Origin: Amoeboradix gromovi X-113
Taxonomy: Eukaryota; Fungi; Sanchytriomycota
Assembly: GCA_018985225.1 (NCBI GenBank)
Contig: JADGIF010000147.1
Span: forward strand, 1-17,312
Length of the DNA: 17,312 nucleotides
Direction: 5' to 3'
How positions within the stretch are numbered: position 1 is the first letter of the stretch; every line of letters starts with the position of its first letter. Under the pieces are notes generated by a model. The model was not told where the DNA came from and made no database searches. It saw only the letters and a list, made by a program, of their open reading frames with translations. Both the position numbers and the translations under genes were made by a program. Shown piece after piece: positions 1 through 8,928 of the stretch.

Positions 1-2
1 CA

Positions 3-159
3 GGGTCTTCTAGTTTTATTTTAAAAAGAGGAATACAATTAATGAAAGAAAATTGGTATAATAGAAGAAGATCTTTTATTAATGATAGCATTTCCTCCAT
101 ATGGAGCACCTCCTTCAAAAACGAGTTAGTCTAGTTTTTATATTTGGTGTCCCATATGC
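3..159. repeat. Diverged dispersed repeat, probably the right end of a TIR/MITE-like element (truncated by window start)
   Basis: Aligns by eye with 15349-15484: GTTTTATTTTAAA, ATTAATGAAAGAA, CTTTTATTAAT, ATTTCCTCC, GAGCACCT, GTCTAGTTTTTATATTT(T)GGTGTCCCATA. This copy has a ~20-nt insertion. Its last ~37 nt are an imperfect reverse complement of 15034-15070. Confidence 0.8.
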
Positions 160-390
160 AATCCAAGCTAAGGGTAGGGGAAGAGTAAGTAACCGGATTT
201 GTTAGTTTTCTGGTAATTTCAAATTTTCTGAACCCAAGACTTTTAATAAAGAGTACTATTAGCATGCGCGAGATAAACTGAAAGTAGCAGAATAATTCTT
301 GGCAGCCACTATTGTCAAAAGCACTCTTAGGTGTTGAAGTACACAAGTGAGTACAACAATCCTATTTAACTAAAACCTCTAACATTTCTT

Positions 391-3222
391 ATGTCCTCGT
401 TTAATCTCCAAGAATCCCAACTTTCATTTATAACGGCTGATATGTTAGCGTCTCTTCCAGAGGATATGCAAAGTCGGGTTCGCAGCTACAAGCAGCTGAG
501 AAACCAATTGCGATGGAAAGAAGAAAACAAGTCATGGATAGCAAGTTTAAACATTTTTAACATAGCAAGTCTATTTAGCTATTTGTTCTTTGGACCTGGA
601 ATAATATTATTTATTATTTTAGATGTTTGCGTTGATGTTCCTTTTTTGATCCTTTACATCATTGAAATTGAGACCAGTACTATAAACAGAGATTTGCACC
701 CAATTGGGATGTATGTTAGCAGGAAGCCTTGGATTTACGACCTCTGCATCATGTTTAGCTGTTTTAACATTCTCTCTTTTATTGGACGCACAATCAGTGC
801 AAAAGATAAATTTTTTGAAGTTGTTTCCTGGCATTCTTTAGTTGATATTTTAACTTGTATTCCGTTCATTGTGAGCCTATTTATACCATTCGGTAGTTTC
901 CTTTTTGTTCCTTACTTTCTAAGGTCATTAATAGTCATCAAAAGAATTCGCCGTTTGCTATTTATTCAGTTGGAATTGCGGAAAACTAGCAAGTTCACCC
1001 TAGCCTCTGTACCTAATACAGGAATCACGGAGCGTCTAGTTTCTTTAATATCTGCTATTCTAGTAATTCTATATGTATCTGGATGCGCGGTTGAATACGT
1101 AGAAGCTGTTGGATTGCCTGACGCCCCTAGGTTGGGCTTTCTAGAAGCGATGTACTTGATGATAGTTACTGGCTCTACAGTAGGGTATGGCGATATAACT
1201 CCTCAAACTACTGCTGGTAAATTTATAATCGTAATATTTATCATAGTTACAATTACTGTTCTTCCAACACTAATTGGCAGGCTAATTGAAACTATAAGAA
1301 GAACTCAGCAAGGCGGTGGATCATTTGAAGATACCAATAGTAGATTCGTAGTAATTTTTGGCAGCCTTGACAATTTTAGAAGCGTTGTTGATATTTTGGA
1401 CTTCTTCCAATCAGATCTAGAACTGGAGAACGTTAAGATTGTTCTTGTTGGCTCAGATAAGGTGAATGATGATGTATCTGCGCTAATAACCCTTCCAACG
1501 TTCGCAAATCAAGTATTTTACCTAAAGGGCTCTGCTTTAAGAGAAACTGATTTATTAAGAGCAAAGGTTCAGTACGCGGATGCTTGTTTTGTTCTTTGCG
1601 ATAGAGACAAGTTTAGCGCGGAAAAAGAAGACGACCATAACTGTTTGCGAGTTTGGAGTCTTAAAAGATTTAGCCCAAATACTAAAGTGTTTTCAATAGT
1701 CAGAACTCCTAGAGCACAGCACTTTCAACGCGCTGCAGATGTCGTTATTTGCATAGACATTATCAAAACAGTTCTATTGGCATTCTCCTGTCTAAATCCC
1801 GGTGCTTCAACGTTTATTACCAACTTAATGAACTCATTTGTCGCTAGATCCAAGATCAATAGTAAGTGGGTTATGGAATACAACGACGGTTGTTGCAACG
1901 AGATGTACACATGCAGTATTGTGTCCCATCTAACGGGCTTTTCCTTTTATAACATTGCACCTTTTCTTTATGAGCACTTTCAAGTTTTGCTGATTGGCGT
2001 ACGTGTTTGGTCTCGCAAATATCAAAAATTTGTTATTTTTCTTAATCCATATGATTACAGGCCTACATTAGAAGACGAGTTCATCGTTATAGCGCAATCT
2101 CCAAAGGATGTTGAGTTTGTTGAAAACATGGAGTTTGAGTATTTCTGTAAAATGTACAAGGAACCCAGCATTGTTCTTGAATTAGACACGACCACTTTTA
2201 ACGAATTTCCAGTTGTTAGTGACGAGTATGTGCATGCGGTCCCTTTTAGAGAATTTTCTAGCTCAAAGCGAACTGTGTGTCATTTACTCAAAAATGCTTG
2301 TTCCATGGAAAATAGAACACTGATGAATGCGAAACACTTATCAAATCATATTTTAATCATCCCAGCGGATTACAATATTGGAGCATTCATGACAGTCATG
2401 AGAAGCGCTATCTTGCAAAAGTCTGAATTCTTTGATGTCTTAATATTGTTCAATAGATACCCAACCGAGGACGAGTACAAGTTACTGAGCAGATTTCCTC
2501 GCTTGTACTTCATTGTGGGCAATCCTCGTAACATGAACGACTTAGAAACTGCCGGCGCCTTGTCTTGCTCTAGGGTTGTAATATTTACACAGTCTGAACC
2601 CACTCATGCTGTGAAAGATTTTGATGACGCCCCTGCACTAATGATCAAACATTCCATCACTACGTTATGGCAAGAGCACGATATTAGTGAAAAAAGCGTG
2701 TTAGTGGAGTTAACAGAGCGTAGAAATGTAAGACATTTAAGTTCCGAGTCTCTTAAACAAGCCAATTTCTTCACTAGAAAGCTTTTAAAATCTAAAAGTA
2801 CTTCTCAGCAGCATTACACAACCATCGAAGAAATAGCTCATGACCCTGTTTTTGCTGCAGGTGATGTGCTTATTGACAATCTTTTAGATAATATTATTTA
2901 TCACTCATACAAAGGAAGCCACGCTTTTGATTTAGTTAAGACTTTGTGTGGAATAAGGCTGCAAGAAGATTTAGAGTTGAGTAAAGAAATGGGAATTCCC
3001 AACGGTTACATGTATAAGGAGATGATTCCGATGGAATATTGGGAAGTTTCGTTTGCAGAATTCTTTAGAGTATCATTAACAATGCATAAGAGAGTCGCAG
3101 TGGCCATCTATAGGCCACCGAACGCGGAACGCGGTAACAACTTACCATACATTTACACGGCGCCAATTCCGATAGTCAAGCTGAAGAAGGGAGATGCCGC
3201 ATTCTACATAGGTAACAGATGA
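391..3222 (+). CDS. Slo/BK-family potassium channel alpha subunit (TM voltage-sensor-like and pore domains plus tandem RCK domains)
   Basis: 943-aa ORF with N-terminal TM helices, S4-like RSLIVIKRIRRL and K+ selectivity filter STVGYGD followed by PQTTAGK. RCK motifs YLKGSAL..DLLRA, PGASTFITNL, EY..GC.NEMY, G.P.N..DL..AG and PVFAAG. Possible in-frame 21-nt intron at 545-565. Confidence 0.93.
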   Translation: MSSFNLQESQLSFITADMLASLPEDMQSRVRSYKQLRNQLRWKEENKSWIASLNIFNIASLFSYLFFGPGIILFIILDVCVDVPFLILYIIEIETSTINRDLHPIGMYVSRKPWIYDLCIMFSCFNILSFIGRTISAKDKFFEVVSWHSLVDILTCIPFIVSLFIPFGSFLFVPYFLRSLIVIKRIRRLLFIQLELRKTSKFTLASVPNTGITERLVSLISAILVILYVSGCAVEYVEAVGLPDAPRLGFLEAMYLMIVTGSTVGYGDITPQTTAGKFIIVIFIIVTITVLPTLIGRLIETIRRTQQGGGSFEDTNSRFVVIFGSLDNFRSVVDILDFFQSDLELENVKIVLVGSDKVNDDVSALITLPTFANQVFYLKGSALRETDLLRAKVQYADACFVLCDRDKFSAEKEDDHNCLRVWSLKRFSPNTKVFSIVRTPRAQHFQRAADVVICIDIIKTVLLAFSCLNPGASTFITNLMNSFVARSKINSKWVMEYNDGCCNEMYTCSIVSHLTGFSFYNIAPFLYEHFQVLLIGVRVWSRKYQKFVIFLNPYDYRPTLEDEFIVIAQSPKDVEFVENMEFEYFCKMYKEPSIVLELDTTTFNEFPVVSDEYVHAVPFREFSSSKRTVCHLLKNACSMENRTLMNAKHLSNHILIIPADYNIGAFMTVMRSAILQKSEFFDVLILFNRYPTEDEYKLLSRFPRLYFIVGNPRNMNDLETAGALSCSRVVIFTQSEPTHAVKDFDDAPALMIKHSITTLWQEHDISEKSVLVELTERRNVRHLSSESLKQANFFTRKLLKSKSTSQQHYTTIEEIAHDPVFAAGDVLIDNLLDNIIYHSYKGSHAFDLVKTLCGIRLQEDLELSKEMGIPNGYMYKEMIPMEYWEVSFAEFFRVSLTMHKRVAVAIYRPPNAERGNNLPYIYTAPIPIVKLKKGDAAFYIGNR
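545..565 (+). other. Candidate 21-nt in-frame spliceosomal intron
   Basis: GTTTAAACATTTTTAACATAG has GT..AG ends, is 21 nt and has the same TTAAYWTAG 3' end as the two required introns. It has no stop and causes no frameshift, so the ORF alone cannot prove it. Confidence 0.5.
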
Positions 3223-3229
3223 TAGGCAG

Positions 3230-3808
3230 TTAATCGGATTTATTGATTTTAGAGTTACTCAATACTGGAGTTATTTCCGTATTGACTGGTGGCTTCACAA
3301 CAAATACTGGGATATCTAGGTTGTGCAACAAATAATCAGTTGTGCTACCAATAAACATCCTATGCAATCCAGTTAGATCTCTGCTTCCAACCACAACAAG
3401 ATCTGCATTCAAGTTAGTGGCAGCTCGACAGATTTCGTCACGATTATCACCAACCAAGGAGAATAAACGACATTTCTGATTCAAGTTCTTTTTATATTCT
3501 TTTAAAAGCCATTTCGAATGCTGCTCATGATACTTTTGCTGCTCACTAAAGTTTCCAGTCTCCAGAAACATCTGACCCGCATCTAAGTATTCCAGCGGTG
3601 GTGGGGAATTTGTAGGCATGCAATTAACAATGCAGACAAGATCGTTTGGTCGTAGCAAGATATTCTTAGCGTATTCGAAAGCATATTGAGCAGTTAAACT
3701 CTCGTCAAGCGCCAACACAATTGTTCTTTGTGTAGGCTCATTTGAGGAGGAATCAACAGGTATTTCATATGCTAAAATATCATTTTCATACTTTCCAACA
3801 GTGAACAT
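3230..3808 (-). CDS. Universal stress protein (UspA-domain)
   Basis: 192 aa. RTIVLALDES..AQYAFEYA, GD.RDEIC, ADLVVVGSR...LHRMFIGSTTDYLLH....PVFVVK are typical Usp-fold motifs. Confidence 0.92.
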   Translation of the reverse strand: MFTVGKYENDILAYEIPVDSSSNEPTQRTIVLALDESLTAQYAFEYAKNILLRPNDLVCIVNCMPTNSPPPLEYLDAGQMFLETGNFSEQQKYHEQHSKWLLKEYKKNLNQKCRLFSLVGDNRDEICRAATNLNADLVVVGSRDLTGLHRMFIGSTTDYLLHNLDIPVFVVKPPVNTEITPVLSNSKINKSD

Positions 3809-4026
3809 TTTTGATGTGAACTTTGCCTTGATTAGGTTTTATATGATTTTAGATCGGCACATTTTACGAAAATGTGTTCTCCGCGAGTTGTAGTAAACCC
3901 TCATGGATTTTGAAAGCGTAATTTATTGGAAGCTACAAAGGCATACACGCATGCACATTGAAGCACTCGTAAGACCGGTCTATGATTTTTTAGCTTATAT
4001 TCTCCTTGCCAAACAATATTTTGGAA

Positions 4027-5501
4027 ATGGATGAGTTTTTGTTAGAACCCTTGTTGACTACATGTGTCTTATGTGATACTAGAGTCGAAAAGGAAGAATA
4101 CACTATATTGACTTGCATGAAATGTGGTAGTTACGTGCATCCTAATTGTTCTGCAGAATATCCCCGTGATTATATACAAAAAGGTATATTGATGGGCGAT
4201 CGCTACTGGAACTTCACATGCAGTACTTGTCATCCTCAAGGCGAAGTTTGTAAGCGTCCTACCATTATGTGGGTGTCATTACTGGAATTAATCTTGTTCC
4301 ATTTACTTGCAACAAGGCCAGGATTAACAGATAATTCAACATTTTGGAAGATAAAATGCCAATACGTGCCTATAAAGTATTTTGACTCCAGAGATGCAAT
4401 GATTCAATTATTAACTGAATATTGGCCATTCATTATGCGAAAAGAAACGCCAAAACAGTTCAACAGTAAGTTTAATGCTACTCTTACCAGCAATTTAACT
4501 AGATACTTTGTTAGAATGCATGATAAGCCTAGCTATTGGGCTCTTCGAAACCCTGTTCTTCCCAATGCAGATCCTCGAATTCAAAATCGAGTTAAAAACT
4601 TTTCAAAAACAGTTGCCAGCCACCTTTCTGATTTGCAATCAAACTGTATTGTACAAACATTTACCAGCTGTTATTCAGATATCTGCCCCATCGTTGATTT
4701 TAAATATGAAGATGCCAAGATACTTGAATTATCCACAAATGTAAATTTATCAACCGCAGATAAGAGGCTACTTCGTAAGTTAAAGGTTAGAAGGTTCAAA
4801 AGGGAGAAAACTCTTCCAATGATTGACTTGGACATGGAAATCTCAATGTATTTAAACAATTCGTTTTCGATGGAAGTTATCAAACATTCAAATGATGAAG
4901 AAATGCAAACTGACAATAACACTACCAGGTCTAAACAGATATTCAAACTAAAGAACGCACTGAACCCACCACCGGCTCCAAAAACTATTTTATACCAAGT
5001 TCAAGTAGAGTATCCATTTATGAACGTAGGAAAGCAGCTTTCGCAGGACTCAGCAGAGCACATATCTTCTCCTGTCTTGCATTCTGTTGATTTCGTATCG
5101 TTTAAAACCGAGTATTTACCACAAATTGCCAAGTTCATAAAAACTAATTATTCACCACAAACTGACAGTATTTTGTAATTAACTTAGTATCAAGGCATTC
5201 GAGGAACCTAAACAATGGAATTCTGGCTTATTATAAGGATTTATTGATTGGAATTGCCTTTATCTCGGATTCTGGAGAAATATATTACCTACGAATTATT
5301 CAACAGTTTTTCCATGAATCTATTGCTAAGTTTTTTGCACACTACATATTTAGGCAGCCCAATGTACCCGGAAACCTGAAATTTTATGGCACTTTAGAGG
5401 ACCCTATGATTCCTTACTTGCAGGAATACGGATTTGTGATCGATCTGAAGCAAACCTCGGGATCAGTTACAGGTATCAGAATGGTTTTGAATAGAAGTTA
5501 A
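4027..5501 (+). CDS. KAT14/CSRP2BP (ATAC2)-like protein: PHD-like Cys-rich domain plus C-terminal GNAT-like domain; join(4027..5167,5188..5501), ~484 aa
   Basis: CxxC..CxxC..HxxC..GDRYWNFTCSTC and a basic RLLRKLKVRR..R...LP..D.D motif, both recalled from CSRP2BP. Removing a 20-nt intron fuses ORF 4006-5178 to ORF 5244-5501 (..SPQTDISRH..ILAYYKDLLIGIAFI..YLQEYGF). First in-frame ATG is 4027. Confidence 0.75.
5168..5187 (+). other. 20-nt spliceosomal intron in KAT14-like gene
   Basis: GTATTTTGTAATTAACTTAG contains the ORF's TAA stop. Its removal restores the frame into the GNAT-like exon. Branch-like TTAAC directly precedes TTAG. Confidence 0.85.
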
Positions 5502-6241
5502 TTGAAAAATAAATTTTTAAAACTCAAACGGTATGGCTGGAAAACTGGACTTTAATATCATGATATGATGGATAGGGCAGACCATCTGGAAGTTTCCCCG
5601 TCTATTACCCAGAGACATTTCTTGTGGATGTTTTAGAAAGCTAGTCAAACTCCGTTGGTTATTTATTGTCAATGCGATAAAAAAGCAAATCACTATCTTA
5701 AACATTCGCAATCCTTGTCTCTTTTTTCACTTTTTATCCCTTTAAAGAAGCCTAAGAGCGATATGATCATCATGAATGAATAGTGTACAGAAAAATAAGT
5801 GTTTCTTATTTGTACTCCAATTTTGGGAAAGACAACTGAAAATAAGAAATAAAGTTGTTTACTGGTGACAAGGTCCAAAGAGTCGCGTCAGCAGACATTC
5901 AGTAGTGCCTTATAGAAAGCCCAAGGACTTGTAATCACTGAATCAAAAAGTCTTTGATCGGGATAACAACGCTACTATAACGTTGAAAATTCCATGCAGA
6001 GCTATTTGGCTATGTATAAAGCCCATTTTGGCAGCATTATGTCCGGCTAGTCTATCTTCCAATCCAGTCCAGCAGGAATTACCTCGACTTGTGGTTGAGG
6101 GCATCTTCGCAAATCGAATCCCAAATGCTCTTGAACTCAGCTATAAGAGGTTGCGTGATGTGGAAATGATCATTCCGAATGTTGGCGAAATTAATGTAGC
6201 TAATAGTACGGAGTCCGAGGGTATTACAAAAGTAGTTATCA

Positions 6242-7585
6242 ATGGGAAAACAATTTTTGATAACCTTAATCTCGACGATAGGAGGGTTCGTTTTTGGAAG
6301 CGATGTAGGGATTATTTCTAAAATTCAAACCTATGATAGCTTTCAGGACCTTTTTCGCCTCAACAATACTAAACTTGGTTTGATGGTTGCAATGTTATTG
6401 CTAGGTGCGATGGTTGGCAGTTTGAGTTCTAGTTACATCGCCGAGCTGTATGGGCGTAAGAAGTCTATTATTATTGGCTCATTAATCTTTATTGTTGGTG
6501 TGATAACTCAGGTGTCTGCTTCTGGTCAGTATATTATTTTGCTGCTTGGCCGCCTCTTCACTGGCTTAGCTATTGGCGAGCTCTCCACTATTGTGCCAAT
6601 GTATTTGTCAGAGGTATGTGATCCTCAATTACGCGGTATGTTAGTATCTTGCCAACAGTTAGCGATCACTGTTGGAATTTTAGTTGCATTTTTAGCTGCC
6701 AAATTTACAGAGGACGTATTTATCATCGGCCTCGAAGACTGGCAATTGGCTTTATTATTGCAATTGATTCCTACATTGTTTATGTTCTTTGGTATGTTAA
6801 CTCTCCCCGCTAGTCCTAGATGGCTTCTGACAAAAAGAAGGCATGAAGATGCTAAGATTGCGCTGGCCAATCTAAGAGGCAAGGCATTTAAGGATGTTGA
6901 GACAGAATACTACGATCTCAAATTACTCTCCGAATCAGAGCCAGAGGAGCTTTCATGGTCAGATGCGTGGCAGAAGTACAGAAGTAGAATATTAATTGGG
7001 GTATTTATACAAATGTTTCAACAAATAAGCGGTATCAACGCTTTAATGTACTATTCTACCAAAATGTACAGTACATTATTGCCCCAACATATGGACACTT
7101 TAGCTGCTTGTCAAAATGTATTAAATGTTGTTGGAACCATTCCTGCCTTGTTTTTAGTTGACCGACTGGGTAGAAAGTCGCTATTATTAGCTGGTAGTGC
7201 TGGCTGTACAATTGGTATGTTCATTACTGCTATTTCCATGCTACTGCCGACTCCGTTCCCAATTGTTGCCGTGATTGGTATATTTATATTTATCATAAAC
7301 TTTGCGTATGCAATCGGACCTCTTCCATGGGTTATATGCGCTGAGATATTTCCATCATGCATTAGATCCAAAGCAGTTGCAGCTAGTATTGCGTCTAACT
7401 GGATATTCAATCTAATTGTTTCATTCTCCGCACCTATATTACTGGATGGAATCGGGCCGTACACTTTCTTCCTATTTGGATCTGCAATGGCTATATTCTA
7501 CATTTGGATATCGAAAAAGCTACCAGAAACTAAAGGACTCACATTAGAAGAGGTGGACAAGTTGTTGAACAAAGGAAACAGATAA
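6242..7585 (+). CDS. MFS sugar porter family hexose/polyol transporter
   Basis: 447 aa, ~12 TM. Motifs GGFVFGSD.G, YGRK, GR..TG, PMYLSE..P..RG, PASPRWL, QQISGINA..YY, DRLGRK, W...AEIFP, PETKG..LEE. Confidence 0.96.
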   Translation: MGKQFLITLISTIGGFVFGSDVGIISKIQTYDSFQDLFRLNNTKLGLMVAMLLLGAMVGSLSSSYIAELYGRKKSIIIGSLIFIVGVITQVSASGQYIILLLGRLFTGLAIGELSTIVPMYLSEVCDPQLRGMLVSCQQLAITVGILVAFLAAKFTEDVFIIGLEDWQLALLLQLIPTLFMFFGMLTLPASPRWLLTKRRHEDAKIALANLRGKAFKDVETEYYDLKLLSESEPEELSWSDAWQKYRSRILIGVFIQMFQQISGINALMYYSTKMYSTLLPQHMDTLAACQNVLNVVGTIPALFLVDRLGRKSLLLAGSAGCTIGMFITAISMLLPTPFPIVAVIGIFIFIINFAYAIGPLPWVICAEIFPSCIRSKAVAASIASNWIFNLIVSFSAPILLDGIGPYTFFLFGSAMAIFYIWISKKLPETKGLTLEEVDKLLNKGNR

Positions 7586-7596
7586 ATAAATAACAC

Positions 7597-8763
7597 TTAT
7601 AGTAACTCATTTATTGATCTTTCTATTTCTTTCCGCAACTCCTGATAGTTTGTTATTAGAATATTACGCTCATCTCTACTCATTAGCAGCACTTTATCGG
7701 TACTGGATTCATCCAACTAAATTAATATATCTAAAACCTTGTTCAAATGATAAACGCAATGATATATATCTAGTACGGGTTTTCCGTCCTCGTCAACTTG
7801 ATGAAAAACAAAATCCCTGAAAAGCTTTAAAAGATAGTTGCCACCGATGTCCGACCAGTCCGGATTGTTTGAATAGTTAGTTCTCTCATTAATGAATCCT
7901 AATTTGATTAGCAAGTTGGATATCCTACCATTCTCAGACTGTTTAGAAAGTTGAGTTTTTTGCAAATCTAAGTTTAAAGCATGCAGATTTATAGAATTGT
8001 ACATAAAGGGATAGGCGAGAGCTAGAAGCTTGTCTATATCGCCATAAGAGTTAGTTATACAACTGTGTATCAATGTTTTAATCCAAGGTTCCTTGACTTG
8101 TTCCAGTAGTTCTGGGGTTGCTTCTAAAAAAGGAATGCTTCGAGTCATTACTTGAAGAAGCATGTACCCGAATTGTAAAATATCATTGTTTTGCATAACT
8201 GATATGGAATCATCGAAAAGAACAGAGCCAATGCCAATACCGCCAATCTTGACAAGGCCATTTTTACAATAAAACATCTTGTAAGGGTGAAGACAGCCAC
8301 CAAAAGTCAGCTTCTTTAAATGAACAGCTTTTATGCAGCATAGTAACTGAATAATAACATGGTTTATAGGTATTTGTTCAGAAAACAGAGACGCACCCTC
8401 GCAATATTCATAAATCATATGAAGGGTATACTCATTGCTATTAACTGTAGTATATCCTTCCTTTAGTTCCAGACAACATGGATGTAATTTAGTACAATAA
8501 ATTTGAGATTTAGCAACTCTCTCCCCTAAATGGCCTGGAATTTTCAGTTTGTGAGACGCATATCTAACACCTTTCCTATTAACGTAATCTACAACAGTTG
8601 GTGTCATGTAGACACCAGATTCGTCTTCAAAACTATAAACTGATTGACCATAATGTCCGATTCCATAGTTGACACTTTCAAAAGAAGTAAAATCCTTAGA
8701 GTAATCATATTGTACTTCTTTCATGGCAGCCCTTTGCGTTGGAAACACATTTTCTTGGAGCAT
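7597..8763 (-). CDS. PAN3: PAN2-PAN3 deadenylase subunit PAN3 (pseudokinase + C-terminal knob); complement(join(7597..7716,7738..8763)), ~381 aa
   Basis: ENGRI..LLIKLGFINER..WS..G..YLLKLFRDFVFHQVDE.G.PVLD..H....LNK. After removing a 21-nt intron it continues LDESSTDKVLLMSRDERNILITNYQELRKEIERSINELL*, which matches the PAN3 C-terminus. Confidence 0.92.
7717..7737 (-). other. 21-nt spliceosomal intron in PAN3
   Basis: Minus-strand GTTTTAGATATATTAATTTAG, phase 0. Its terminal TAG is the apparent ORF stop. It interrupts the conserved LNK|LD motif exactly. Confidence 0.9.
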
Positions 8764-8928
8764 TTTATCAACTAGAACTAGAAACGATGCTACAGACCAA
8801 AATTCAAAATTTTGGTACGAATTGGATTTAAATTTCTAGACGACTCTGCCAAACCTATCCACAAGCGGTTATAAAAGCCAACGATTCTTTTTAAGTATTT
8901 GGTTTGTCACGGAGAAGGGATCATTCAC

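Noticed and set aside
131-346. 71-aa ORF and the many antisense or shadow ORFs inside larger genes (e.g. 619-834, 7111-7464, 16886-17278)
   Set aside because: They have no family motifs and are explained as chance or shadow frames of real genes.
3772-3791. 20-nt GTATGA..TTTTAG on the minus strand in the USP gene
   Set aside because: Splicing would frameshift to an immediate stop, and the alternative frame has no upstream ATG.
5983-6321. 112-aa ORF, plus small ORFs 5517-5711 and 5693-5878
   Set aside because: Annotated starts are TTG, there are no recognisable motifs, and the 112-aa ORF overlaps the transporter start in another frame.
7717-7719. Stop-codon reassignment (TAG/TAA=Gln) as the explanation for interrupted genes
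   Set aside because: TAA and TGA end conserved genes at expected positions, and the long intact ORFs contain no in-frame TAG. Readthrough would insert 7 aa into a conserved PAN3 motif and cannot fix the KAT14 frameshift. The pseudogene uses all three stops.
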